Shown here: one piece after another, positions 1 to 9,933 of the stretch | Layout of the letters: the number at the start of each line of letters is the position of its first letter | Numbering within the stretch: position 1 is the first letter of the stretch | Source: Candidatus Altimarinota bacterium | Lineage (GTDB): Bacteria; Patescibacteriota; Gracilibacteria; UBA1369; GCA-2718715 | Length of the DNA stretch: 64,000 nucleotides | NCBI GenBank assembly: GCA_041242255.1 | Contig: JBESAV010000001.1 | Coordinates: 512,001-576,000 of the forward strand | Reading direction: 5' to 3' | Made by a program: the position numbers and the translations under genes | Notes under the pieces: model-generated | Database searches by the model: none | Told to the model about the DNA's origin: nothing | What the model saw: the letters and a program-made list of their open reading frames with translations, nothing else

Positions 1-1
1 A

Positions 2-1174
2 AACGCATCTAGTTCTCTAATTGTCTCAACTGACTCAGACTTTATTTCCTCTAATTCAACAGCTAGACCACAGCTAGACGACGGAGATTTCTTAGTTTGG
101 GGTCATAATGGCTCATTAGCAAGCACTTCCACCACTTCAGATCTAGACACTTCTGTTTACCAATCTAGAACCGAAAGAGAATGGAAATTCGAAAACACAG
201 CTGTCACAAGTACAGTAAATCTAAAATTTGAAACTCTACCAACTTTCAACTCAACAGACTACCAAGTCTTACTATCTAGCCCAGATCAAGACTTTAGCAG
301 TGGGTACTCCGTACTAGGTGAGTCTAACAATGGAGAATTTACAGATATCACTATTCCTACCGGAACAAGCTATATGACAGTTGCATCAGCAACAACACTA
401 ATAGAACTTACAAAATCTAGCTACTCAACTGTCGAAGCTGCAAATGATGACCATCCATCAATTTTGATTGATGGACCTATTTTTACCGGAACAACATTAG
501 GTGTAACTATTGATTCTGGAACTGCTACTGAAGATACAGACTTTACAATATCTGGAACGTTTGCAATCCCCGAAGGAGATTATGACGGGAGCACTCCAAT
601 TGATATAAATTTTGAAATAACCGATGACGGGATTCTCGAAGGCACAGAAGATATAGATTTCACAATATCTAACCCATCTAGCCAAACTTACGATTTTGGT
701 GATGTAGACGGAAGCACCACCACTCTAACTTCAGCAAACTACGAAATTACCGACGACGAAACAGCTTCAGTCCAATTCGAAGCCACAACTTCAAATACAT
801 CAGGAGACGAAGACAATGCCCCTACTATCAATCTAGAGCTATCCATCTCCACAACCACAGGATCAGGTACGATAGCCACCGGCGAAACAATCACAGCCCA
901 AGTTTCATACGACGGAAGTTCAACTGCTACCAATGGTTCAGGTGAAGATATAGATTTTACAACACCACAAACCATTACCTTTACAGATAGTCATGCCGAC
1001 GGTGAGCTTCTTCCAATTTCATTTACACTAACTGACGACAATGTATTTGAAGATGATGAAACAGCTATCTTCAATCTCAGTATTGCCGGTCCAGGAACTC
1101 TAAATTCACTATCATCAGTCGGAACCAACAACCAACACACTTTACCATTGAAGACGATGATTCTATTTCTGTAG
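2..1174 (+). CDS. 5' part (partial, begins before the window) of a giant Calx-beta repeat surface protein; frameshifted near 1144
   Basis: The frame is open from base 2 (NASSSLIVSTDSDF...DGDFLVWGHNG) into ORF 374-1174. Calx-beta-like motifs are present (GTATEDTDF, ITDDGILEGTE, ITDDE). Sense continues in the frame of ORF 1219 after 1144. Confidence 0.8.
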   Translation, partial: NASSSLIVSTDSDFISSNSTARPQLDDGDFLVWGHNGSLASTSTTSDLDTSVYQSRTEREWKFENTAVTSTVNLKFETLPTFNSTDYQVLLSSPDQDFSSGYSVLGESNNGEFTDITIPTGTSYMTVASATTLIELTKSSYSTVEAANDDHPSILIDGPIFTGTTLGVTIDSGTATEDTDFTISGTFAIPEGDYDGSTPIDINFEITDDGILEGTEDIDFTISNPSSQTYDFGDVDGSTTTLTSANYEITDDETASVQFEATTSNTSGDEDNAPTINLELSISTTTGSGTIATGETITAQVSYDGSSTATNGSGEDIDFTTPQTITFTDSHADGELLPISFTLTDDNVFEDDETAIFNLSIAGPGTLNSLSSVGTNNQHTLPLKTMILFL

Positions 1175-3040
1175 AGTTCTCACAAGCAACTTATAATTTT
1201 AATGAAGACGAGGGAACGGTGGATATTGAGCTTACTGCTTCAGGTGCTGATGCCTCTTCCGCAGCCGCTCAGAGTATAGAAGTAGCTTTAACCTCTTCTA
1301 CAGCTACTTCAGGAACTGACTTTACCTTTACCTCACCAACCACAGTTAACATTCCAGCTGCAGACTACAGTACTCCACAAACTTTAACCTTTCAGTTAAC
1401 AGTAGTGGATGATGACTTTTTAGAAAACACCGAAAACATTATTTTGGACTTACAAAATCCATCTATCTTAGTAACTGAAGGTCCTGTAAACACAGCAACT
1501 ATCAACATCCTAGATGACGACAACTTGTCAGTAAGCTTTACTGAAACACTTTATACAGAAGATGAAGCTGAAGGATCGGTTGGTGTTACAGTTCAAGTTT
1601 CAGGAGCCGACTCTAGTACCTTCGGAAGTCAGACCATAAACTTAGCAATCCTTACCTCAACTGCAACTAACAATGTAGATTACACTTTTACTGACCCAAC
1701 CACAATCACCATTCCAGCCAGCGATTACACTACACCACAAACCATTTCTACATCTATTACTCTAATAGACGATGGAATTCTTGAAGGAAATGAAGACATA
1801 AATTTCGTACTAAACAATCCTTCTGCCAAAGTTACTCCAACTGGAGATACAAACACAACCGTAACTATATTAGATGACGAGACAGCCTCAGTTCAATTTG
1901 AAACATCTACCTCAAATACAAACGGAGACGAAGACAATGCGCCAGCCATCAACCTGGAGCTATCCATCAGTGCAACTACTGGATCAGGTACGATAGCCAC
2001 CGGCGAAACAATCACCACGCAAGTCGCATATAATGGATCTTCTACCGCCACCAATGGTTCAGGTGAAGATATAGATTTTACTACACCACAAACCATCACC
2101 TTTACAGATAGTCATGCCGACGGTGAACTTCTTCCAATTTCATTCATCCTAAATGACGATAATATGATTGAAGATGCTGAAACAGCAATCTTCAACTTAA
2201 GCCTCGCTGGATCAGGAACATTAAATTCATTCGCCTCTACCGGGACAAACACTCAACACACTTTAACAATCGAGGACGACGATGGTCTTCAAATAGAATT
2301 TGATGAAGCTACATATTCCTTTAGTGAATCAACCGGTACAGCCAGCATAGATCTATCCGCCTTTGGAGCCAACACAACTTTAGCTGGAGATATGACTATA
2401 GATGTTCAAGTTTTATCAAGTACAGCAACTAACACAGCGGATTACACTTTTACCGATCCAACCACAGTAACTATTCCAGCTAACGACTACAGCACAACAC
2501 AAATCATAAGTTTCAATTTACCAATCATAGATGATGGAATCCTAGAAGGTAATGAAAACCTAGTTTTACAACTTACCAATCCAAACGGAATCCTTAGTAT
2601 TGCCACAGTTGATACAACCACAATCACCATTCAAGACGATGAAACTGCAATAGTTCAGTTTGAACAAGCCTCTACTACAATCTCTCAAGCAACAGGTCCT
2701 ACTGACGTTAATGTCCAACTTAACATCATTACAACCACTGGATCGGGTACGATAGCCACAGGTGAAACAATTACAGCTCAAGTCGCTTACAACGGATCTT
2801 CAACAGCTATCAATGGTCCAGGAGAAGATATAGAGTTCACCAGCCCAGAAACTATAACCTTCACTGACTCAAACCTAGATGGTGACCTCATACCAATAAC
2901 TTACACAGTCAACGACGACAACCTTTTAGAAGATACTGAGACTGCAATTTTTGATTTAACAATAGGAGGATCAGGAACATTAAATTCATTCACCTCTACA
3001 ACTGCACCGACACAACATACTCTAAACATTGAAGATGACG
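745..3040 (+). repeat. Three tandem copies of a ~400-nt Calx-beta module (~745-1160, ~1870-2285, ~2630-3040)
   Basis: Near-identical DNA blocks: ggatcaggtacgatagccaccggcgaaacaatcac at 859 and 1981, and ccaatggttcaggtgaagatatagattttac...catgccgacggtga at ~930 and ~2051. The third copy is more diverged. Confidence 0.85.
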
Positions 3041-6000
3041 ATAAACTTCTCGTTGAATTCACCAGTGAAACTTACACTTCACCAGAGAATGTGGGTGATA
3101 ATCACCCAACCATAAATATATTTGGTGCCATCATAGAATCAGATGCTTCAATCGAGATAGCTGACCTTGGTACAGGTACAGCTACAGAGGGAACTGGAAA
3201 TGATTATACATTCACTAGCCCACAAACAATCACAATCCCAGCTGATGACTACACCACACCTCAAACTATTTCCCTTACAGGATTAACAATTTTAGACAAC
3301 GCTGATCCAGATGGAAACAGAACTATAAACTTCGCTCTACAAAACCCATCCATCGTTGAAATAGGAGATGCAAACACTGACACAGAAACCTATTCCTCAA
3401 CAACCTACACAATACTTGATGATGAGCTACTAAACGTTCAAGTAGAACAGGCTCCAGCCCAAGATGACCCTACCAATCAATCACCAGTTTACTTCACTTT
3501 AGAGTTCACTGATCCAATTGATCCTGCCACTTTAGAGATATCAGATCTATCATTGACTGGCTCAACAGCGACCAACCTAACGATCGAATCCATAACCGAA
3601 ATAGCTCCAAATGACGATACAACTTTCCAAGTAGAAATATCATCCGACCTTACTCAAGATGGAGATATAATTCTATCTCTACCAGCAGGAGTAGTTGATA
3701 TTTCAGGAGGAGTCATCCAAAATGAAGCTTCAAACTCAACTGACAATACAATCACAATCGACACAGAAGCGCCAGCTAATCCTTTATCTGCTCCAGATCT
3801 AAGCTCTTCAAGTGATTCCGGCGTTGATGATGATGAAATAACCAATGATAACACCCCAGAAATCTCAGGTACATGTACAGCCGGTGACACAGTTGTTCTT
3901 TATGCCGATGGAAGTCCCACCGGGGATGAAGAAGTATGTGGAGTAGGAGATAGCTTTCAAATTTCTTATTCTACTCTAGCCGAGGGCGATCACGATCTAA
4001 CCTACATTTATAGAGATCCTGCCGGAAATGAATCAGCTCAGTCCCCAATTTTATTTATAACAATTGATACACTTGTAGACCCAGTTGTTATAAATTCTCC
4101 AGTTGATGGATCAGTAGTTTCACAAGGTACGACTTATTCAGGTACATGTGAAACAGATGCCACAATCTACATCGAAAACGCACTACTCGATCCAAACCCT
4201 ACCACCACCGAATGCGAATCAGGTACATATTCTACAACTATAACTTGGGATGAATCAGCTGCAAACTCAACACAGGATATAGAGATTTATCAAATCGATC
4301 TAGCAGGTAATACAAGTGCAATCGAGACTATTCAACTAGATATAGATGTAGACGCTCCTCAAGTCTCATTCTTAAGAGATCAACCACCTACAAAATTTAT
4401 TTTAGGAGGTCCATCCAACTCAGTCTTATTTAATATCATTACAACTGAAGATGTATTCAATGCTGATGCAGATGACTTTGCAATATCCACAACGGTTGAC
4501 TCTTATACTGTTTCAACTTTTACTCAAATCAACAACTCAACATACACTCTTCTTATCGAAAATATATCTGGATTTGGAACTATGGAACTACAAATAGATC
4601 CTGATGAAGACATAACCGACGAAGCTGGAAACCTTTTAGACAGCGACCCAATCACTAGCCAGATATACGAATTTGTCACTAACTCCAAAGACGATGATGG
4701 AGATGGAATTCCTTCATGGCTAGAAAGCTCAAATCTAACAAATGGTGAAAACCCAGATGATCCTACAACATCAGGTGACAACGACGATGATGGAGATCAA
4801 ATGCCAAATGGTTTAGAGGTTTACATAAGTAACCTAGCTTGTTTTGCAGGAACCCCAGGATCTACGACTGAAGCCTCTTATACCTTAGATTCAGACCTAG
4901 ACGGAATACCTGATTGGAATGAAATCTATTACGATTCCGATCCTTGCGACAACCAATCCCCAAATACCACAGGCTCAGATGACACAGACGCAGATGGTAT
5001 AACTGACTCATTTGAGATACAAGTATGTCAAATTTACCCAACACTTGATGACTGTAGTGCCAGCCCAGTAGAAACTCGCATAAATTACACTTCTGACACA
5101 GACGGAGATGGAATACCTGACCAAATAGAAATCCTAGCCAACACTGATCCTACAAATTCATCTGATCCATCTACTGACGATACAGACTCTGACGGTGTAA
5201 CCGATGGTCTAGAAACAATTCTTTGCCGAGTCTATAACCTTTGCCCAGCTCTTACAGCTGTAGATTCTGATACAGATACAGATGGTGGAGGAACACCCGA
5301 CTATTTAGAAATACAATCAGCAACAGATCCAAACGAACCATCAGATGATGTTCAACCTGAATCTAGCTCAAGTTCTTCTGGAGGTGGAAGTTCTTCAAGC
5401 TCATCTGGATCATCTATTTTTAGTATCTTCTCCAATAACAATACCAAAGATCCTCAAACATCTTCTGAGCCAACTATCCAAGAAAATGCTGATAATACTC
5501 CGACTCTAGACCCAACACCTATCACTTCAAACTCAAATAACTCATCTTCTAGTCAAGAAACTATAGTAATGATTCAAGAAATATCCCAAAAAATCGAATC
5601 TCAAGATCTCAACAATTGTATTGCATACAATCAAGACCAAATCTTAAATTCAAATCAAGACTCAATTAAACTACCTCCTGCCATAAGCAATCTTTTGTAT
5701 TCAAACGAAACAATGCAGGGAACTCCTATTATTTCAGGGCAAGCCAATACAGGAGATCTCACTCTAAACCAAGAAATAATCAGAGTTGAACTTGTTAAAA
5801 CAGTTCTAGTTTCAAACTGTCTTCCAATTCTCCCAGCCCCAGATCTACCTGAACTAAATAGATATGGTCAACCAATGCCTGATTTCAAAGATCTTCCAAT
5901 ATCTAATACATGGGTTAGCAACACAATGTATTCTGCTGCTTATTATGGTCTTATCAACGGTGATATGAACCAGAATGCTCGACCAGCTGATGAAATAAAC

Positions 6001-6252
6001 CTAGCTGAATTCATAAAAGTATCGGTCCTAAGCGAAAAAATTATCAACAATCAACCTATCCCTAAGCCAGATATCCAAAACGAAAAATGGTATGAAGTAT
6101 ACATACCTGATGCTCTGAACTCTAAAATCATCACTCCACAAAGATTAGTTACTACCCGAGTAGATCAGCCACTCAAGAGAGAGTTTGTGTTCCAAAAAAT
6201 ATGGAATATGATTATCCAAAGAGGCCTACTCATTACAGATCTCACAAACTAG
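1144..6252 (+). CDS. 3' part of the giant surface protein: Calx-beta repeats, Ig-like domains, DxDGDG Ca-binding repeats, Ser/Gly linker, C-terminal SLH-like domain
   Basis: Repeated DDxxxExxE/TIxDD motifs, Ig-like DPAGNES/DLAGNTS, DTDGDGIPD repeats, SSSSSSGGGSSSSS, and FKDLPISNTW...GLING...RPADEINLAEFIKV (SLH-like). The frame is open upstream of the annotated 1219 start, back to about 1144. Confidence 0.85.
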   Translation, partial: TIEDDDSISVEFSQATYNFNEDEGTVDIELTASGADASSAAAQSIEVALTSSTATSGTDFTFTSPTTVNIPAADYSTPQTLTFQLTVVDDDFLENTENIILDLQNPSILVTEGPVNTATINILDDDNLSVSFTETLYTEDEAEGSVGVTVQVSGADSSTFGSQTINLAILTSTATNNVDYTFTDPTTITIPASDYTTPQTISTSITLIDDGILEGNEDINFVLNNPSAKVTPTGDTNTTVTILDDETASVQFETSTSNTNGDEDNAPAINLELSISATTGSGTIATGETITTQVAYNGSSTATNGSGEDIDFTTPQTITFTDSHADGELLPISFILNDDNMIEDAETAIFNLSLAGSGTLNSFASTGTNTQHTLTIEDDDGLQIEFDEATYSFSESTGTASIDLSAFGANTTLAGDMTIDVQVLSSTATNTADYTFTDPTTVTIPANDYSTTQIISFNLPIIDDGILEGNENLVLQLTNPNGILSIATVDTTTITIQDDETAIVQFEQASTTISQATGPTDVNVQLNIITTTGSGTIATGETITAQVAYNGSSTAINGPGEDIEFTSPETITFTDSNLDGDLIPITYTVNDDNLLEDTETAIFDLTIGGSGTLNSFTSTTAPTQHTLNIEDDDKLLVEFTSETYTSPENVGDNHPTINIFGAIIESDASIEIADLGTGTATEGTGNDYTFTSPQTITIPADDYTTPQTISLTGLTILDNADPDGNRTINFALQNPSIVEIGDANTDTETYSSTTYTILDDELLNVQVEQAPAQDDPTNQSPVYFTLEFTDPIDPATLEISDLSLTGSTATNLTIESITEIAPNDDTTFQVEISSDLTQDGDIILSLPAGVVDISGGVIQNEASNSTDNTITIDTEAPANPLSAPDLSSSSDSGVDDDEITNDNTPEISGTCTAGDTVVLYADGSPTGDEEVCGVGDSFQISYSTLAEGDHDLTYIYRDPAGNESAQSPILFITIDTLVDPVVINSPVDGSVVSQGTTYSGTCETDATIYIENALLDPNPTTTECESGTYSTTITWDESAANSTQDIEIYQIDLAGNTSAIETIQLDIDVDAPQVSFLRDQPPTKFILGGPSNSVLFNIITTEDVFNADADDFAISTTVDSYTVSTFTQINNSTYTLLIENISGFGTMELQIDPDEDITDEAGNLLDSDPITSQIYEFVTNSKDDDGDGIPSWLESSNLTNGENPDDPTTSGDNDDDGDQMPNGLEVYISNLACFAGTPGSTTEASYTLDSDLDGIPDWNEIYYDSDPCDNQSPNTTGSDDTDADGITDSFEIQVCQIYPTLDDCSASPVETRINYTSDTDGDGIPDQIEILANTDPTNSSDPSTDDTDSDGVTDGLETILCRVYNLCPALTAVDSDTDTDGGGTPDYLEIQSATDPNEPSDDVQPESSSSSSGGGSSSSSSGSSIFSIFSNNNTKDPQTSSEPTIQENADNTPTLDPTPITSNSNNSSSSQETIVMIQEISQKIESQDLNNCIAYNQDQILNSNQDSIKLPPAISNLLYSNETMQGTPIISGQANTGDLTLNQEIIRVELVKTVLVSNCLPILPAPDLPELNRYGQPMPDFKDLPISNTWVSNTMYSAAYYGLINGDMNQNARPADEINLAEFIKVSVLSEKIINNQPIPKPDIQNEKWYEVYIPDALNSKIITPQRLVTTRVDQPLKREFVFQKIWNMIIQRGLLITDLTN

Positions 6253-6745
6253 CCAGACACCCATCACCCCACAAACCTTTATCTTCTTCACGAGCAAGTC
6301 GCTCAGCCTCCAAGAACTGATCTTGAAGCTCAATCGGCACACTACTTCTATAAACAGTTGCATACCCCTCACGTAGAAGAGTCTGGTTAAAACTTACAGA
6401 CTCACCATCTAAGAAAATATAAGCCAAAAGCCTCCCATATCTATCGTATTCTGCTTGGGTCCTATCTGTTTCCAAGCTAACTATTTTGCCTAACAAACTC
6501 TCTTCAGTATATCTTGAGGCTTCTTTCCCAAAACATTCCACAGGACTACCAGGGCGAACAGTCTCAGGAGTATCAACTCCCAAAAGCCTTATTCTTGTCT
6601 CATTTCCTCCAAGCCATACATCAATAGTATCACCATCAACTACATTCACAACCTCATACTCATCAGCAATCACACCCTCTTCCGCATAAGCAGTTACCAG
6701 AACCATTAGTATAGCTAAAGCGTAAACAAGAAATTTACTCTTCAT
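6242..6745 (-). CDS. Thermonuclease (staphylococcal nuclease family), secreted
   Basis: VVDGDT, IRLLGVDTPE and DRYGRLLAY motifs; N-terminal signal peptide. Confidence 0.93.
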   Translation of the reverse strand: MKSKFLVYALAILMVLVTAYAEEGVIADEYEVVNVVDGDTIDVWLGGNETRIRLLGVDTPETVRPGSPVECFGKEASRYTEESLLGKIVSLETDRTQAEYDRYGRLLAYIFLDGESVSFNQTLLREGYATVYRSSVPIELQDQFLEAERLAREEDKGLWGDGCLASL

Positions 6746-6861
6746 AATAATTTTTAAACAAATTTATCCTACACTCTTTCTAAAAATAAATCTCACTATG
6801 TCAACTTTTTTAATTCATAAAAAACTCTATAATACCTCCAAGTATTCATTAACTAAAAAAA

Positions 6862-7704
6862 ATGAACAAAAAACTAATAGCTCTTTCCATTATTGCAATG
6901 CTTGCAGTTGCAGGGTGCGGAGGAGACACATCTACTCCAGATTCAGACAGTGGAGGTGGATTACTTTCAAATCTAGGTGGATCTCAGTACCTTGAGTCTG
7001 ACGACTTAGACGATTTAGAAGCATGTGAGCTACTAACTATGGATATAGTTACATCAAATATCTCTAACGTACCAGAAGATATAGAGCCATTTGATTTCTA
7101 TGGATGTATATACGAGTGGCCAAAATCTAACGCAGAAGAAATAGAAGAGGCAAATAGCCAAAAAATCATGGAAGTAGGTTTAAGCAATATTACAAGTCTA
7201 AATCTTCAATCTGAAGATAACATTGTAGGGCTTTCTTACAACACTTTTGCATTACCTCAAAGTGAAGAAGCAATTGATAAAACATACCGAAGTCTCACCA
7301 ATCAACTTACTCAAGAAGAACAAGATCAAGCCAGCCAAGCTCTAAAAGATGCTTTTGATAGCATTGGTTCAGGAGATGAGACTGATCAACAAGTTTCAGA
7401 ACAAGCTGAAGAAATGGGAGTAGGGGACGCGGTTCAAGATAAACTAGAAGAAGGCTTCACTGAGGGTGAAAAAGATCTAGGTAATAGCCTAATTGATTTA
7501 GCTTCTCAAACTTCTGATGAAGATGTTTATGTAGAAGTTGATGGACTAGGGGATAGAGCAGCTTGGAGTGAATACAGCAAAGATCTAGTTGTTCAATACA
7601 AAAACTTTTTCTTCAACCTAAACGTAGATCTTGAAGAATCAAGCCAAGACGCAGCAGTAAACATAGCTAAAGAAGTTCTACAAAATCTAAAATCAGAACT
7701 CTAA
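6862..7704 (+). CDS. Acidic lipoprotein of unknown function
   Basis: Lipobox LAVAG-C after a hydrophobic N-terminus; C-terminal VDGLGDRA motif. Confidence 0.75.
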   Translation: MNKKLIALSIIAMLAVAGCGGDTSTPDSDSGGGLLSNLGGSQYLESDDLDDLEACELLTMDIVTSNISNVPEDIEPFDFYGCIYEWPKSNAEEIEEANSQKIMEVGLSNITSLNLQSEDNIVGLSYNTFALPQSEEAIDKTYRSLTNQLTQEEQDQASQALKDAFDSIGSGDETDQQVSEQAEEMGVGDAVQDKLEEGFTEGEKDLGNSLIDLASQTSDEDVYVEVDGLGDRAAWSEYSKDLVVQYKNFFFNLNVDLEESSQDAAVNIAKEVLQNLKSEL

Positions 7705-7713
7705 GCCCAAAAC

Positions 7714-7744
7714 AAAAACCCCACCTTCACAGATGGGGTTTTTT
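7714..7744. terminator. Bidirectional intrinsic terminator
   Basis: aaaaacccca...tggggtttttt between convergent genes. Confidence 0.75.
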
Positions 7745-7759
7745 AATATTTCCTAATCT

Positions 7760-8083
7760 TTAGTACATTAGCTCTACGTCCACATCTCCATTCTTAGGAG
7801 AACATTGGCAACCAAGCCTGTACTCTGGATGATCACTGTTCATACCCATCATTTCTTCTCTTTCAGTTATCTCAGATAAGTTTTCAGCACCTTCATGAAC
7901 CTTTACCATACATGTTGTACAAGCTCCATTTCCACCGCAGGCATGATCCATTTGAATTCCATTTTCCATAGCAATCTCTAAGAGAGTTGCATCACTTTTG
8001 CAACCCTCTATCTTCACAGCTTTACCATCTTTTTTCATAGTTACAGTTGATTCACCGCAACCACATTTATCTCCACAGTTCAT
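7760..8083 (-). CDS. [2Fe-2S] ferredoxin (adrenodoxin-type)
   Basis: HACGGNGACTTC...RLGCQ cluster-binding motif. Confidence 0.9.
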   Translation of the reverse strand: MNCGDKCGCGESTVTMKKDGKAVKIEGCKSDATLLEIAMENGIQMDHACGGNGACTTCMVKVHEGAENLSEITEREEMMGMNSDHPEYRLGCQCSPKNGDVDVELMY

Positions 8084-8349
8084 TACTTAGCTTCGTTACT
8101 TACAGCTTTTTGAGCTTTAGATTTCATTCTTCCAGCTCTTTTCTTAGGTATGATATTGTTTTTAGCAGACATATCAATTGTCTTGTAAACGTTAGAAAGG
8201 CTTTCTGTAGCTTTCTTCATTTCTCCAGCTTTCACAAGGTTGTAAAAATCTTTCAGAACGTCATGAAGCTTTCTTCTTCTTCTATCATTTCTGAGTTTAT
8301 TTTTTTTATTCTGCCTTGCTGCTTTCTTTGAGGACTTTAAAATTGGCAT
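8083..8349 (-). CDS. rpsT: 30S ribosomal protein S20
   Basis: MPILKSSKKAARQ...YKTIDMSAKNNIIPKKRAGRMKS; the true start is probably the ATG at 8349. Confidence 0.93.
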   Translation of the reverse strand: MPILKSSKKAARQNKKNKLRNDRRRRKLHDVLKDFYNLVKAGEMKKATESLSNVYKTIDMSAKNNIIPKKRAGRMKSKAQKAVSNEAK

Positions 8350-8394
8350 TTTAGTACTTTTTATATAAATTATAAGCGAATCAAACATACAAAT

Positions 8395-9033
8395 ATGTCC
8401 TTAGAAAGTCAACCACAAATCATTTTAGCTACTACCTCAAGCCAACTATCGGCAAATTTCACTACAGCTGAAATACCAGTCACACATCAAGATCAACCAT
8501 ACACCTCTGATTTATTTGACGAACGAAAAGAACCAAAACAGTTAGCCAAAGACATAAGCTTAGAAAAAGCTAATTATTATTCATCCACCAAGCAATCAAT
8601 TGTAATAGCTACCCACTCTCTCATAACTCTCAACAATCAGATCCTCCCAACTCCCCAAAACCAAACTCAAGCCAAGTCTCAACTATCCCAAATCAGTGGT
8701 AAAACCATTCAGATTGTCACTGGTGTAGCAATAATTGATTCCCCTAAAAGCCGAATCATCAACCAAACCCACACTTTGGACGTGCAAATCGCCAATCTAT
8801 CCAAACACGAAAAAGCTTGGTACATAAACCAAAAAGAATTCACCACCCATCCACCAATCAACATTTTCAAAAAAGGCGCATCTCTAATAAAGTCAATCAA
8901 TGGAACACCAACACCATATCGATTTATTTTGGAGCAACTTTTAAATCTAGGTTATGAAGATTTCCTAATGCCATTACCTCAGGATGAGGCTACTCCAAAA
9001 GAGAATACTGGTTCGCATCTACCTTTTTTATGA
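8395..9033 (+). CDS. Maf-like protein, degenerate active site
   Basis: IILAT.S, LEKA, LSQISGK...VTGVAI and YI...E fit the Maf fold, but the SPRR and ADT motifs are altered. Confidence 0.7.
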   Translation: MSLESQPQIILATTSSQLSANFTTAEIPVTHQDQPYTSDLFDERKEPKQLAKDISLEKANYYSSTKQSIVIATHSLITLNNQILPTPQNQTQAKSQLSQISGKTIQIVTGVAIIDSPKSRIINQTHTLDVQIANLSKHEKAWYINQKEFTTHPPINIFKKGASLIKSINGTPTPYRFILEQLLNLGYEDFLMPLPQDEATPKENTGSHLPFL

Positions 9034-9068
9034 TATAATTATATTAGAACAAATAACTAATTATAAGC

Positions 9069-9401
9069 ATGTCAAAAAAGAAAATCGGATTTCTAGCCGG
9101 ACTAGCAGCAGGTATTACTGGAGCCCTACTTTTCGCACCAAAAAAAGGAAAGGAACTCAGAGGTGATATCGACAAAGAATTAAAGAAAAGAAAATTCTAT
9201 GATTCAAAATTCTACAGATTCTTCAAAGACACTTACTCAGAGATCAAAGAAGAAGGTCAAGAATTCGCTGAAGACGCTGAAACAATGCTAAAGAAACAAG
9301 AAGGTAAAATTCTTCCAAAAGGATCAGTAGACAAAGCAAAACAAAAAGTGAAAAACGTAGCAAAGAAAGCATCTAAGAAAACTGCTAGAACTGACGTCTA
9401 G
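9069..9401 (+). CDS. YtxH-domain protein
   Basis: GFLAGLAAGITGALLFAPKKGKELR. Confidence 0.85.
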   Translation: MSKKKIGFLAGLAAGITGALLFAPKKGKELRGDIDKELKKRKFYDSKFYRFFKDTYSEIKEEGQEFAEDAETMLKKQEGKILPKGSVDKAKQKVKNVAKKASKKTARTDV

Positions 9402-9402
9402 T

Positions 9403-9903
9403 TTAGAAGTTGTAGTTTTCAAATATGTATTCAGTGATGTCTTGATTCGGCTCTTCTATCTCAGAAGAGTCGTTTTCAATATCCTCGATAACCATAGTCG
9501 AATCAACTACATCTTCTCGAATAACTTCGTCTGATTCTTCCTCAGTAACTTCAGTATTATTTTCAAAGTTGTTCTCAACCTCTAAGGTTGCATTTAGAGA
9601 TGTGTCACCATCAAAACTCAATCCAGCCACACTCACACCAACATACACCACTAACATGGCTGCCAAGGCAACCGAGGCCATAGTGTACTGTCTTTCATTC
9701 CAGTTTCTCCAAAATCTTAGTTTTTCTAAATTTTGATTAGGAGTTTTAGATTCCTTTAGATCTTCATTATCTCCCAATATACTTTGTTTTTCTTCTGCAC
9801 TAAAAAGCGGTGGCGGAGTCACAGCATCTTCATTATTTTTCTTGATAGGGGAGTTCTTTTTCAGAAACTCGGCTCTCATCAAATCTTTCTCCATTTTGTG
9901 CAA
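9403..9903 (-). CDS. Hypothetical single-pass membrane protein with acidic tail
   Basis: One TM segment, Glu/Asp-rich C-terminus, part of an operon-like run. Confidence 0.65.
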   Translation of the reverse strand: MHKMEKDLMRAEFLKKNSPIKKNNEDAVTPPPLFSAEEKQSILGDNEDLKESKTPNQNLEKLRFWRNWNERQYTMASVALAAMLVVYVGVSVAGLSFDGDTSLNATLEVENNFENNTEVTEEESDEVIREDVVDSTMVIEDIENDSSEIEEPNQDITEYIFENYNF

Positions 9904-9933
9904 TTACATCATATTATAATAGCACAGTTTGCC

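Noticed and set aside
497-5044. Minus-strand short ORFs inside the giant surface gene (for example 739-975 and 1893-2099, which resemble each other)
   Set aside because: They are antisense shadows of the repeated + strand coding sequence; their similarity just mirrors the Calx-beta repeats.
5360-5420. Ser/Gly-coding low-complexity tract as a phase-variable simple repeat
   Set aside because: The codons are mixed rather than a perfect nucleotide repeat; this is an ordinary linker before the SLH region.
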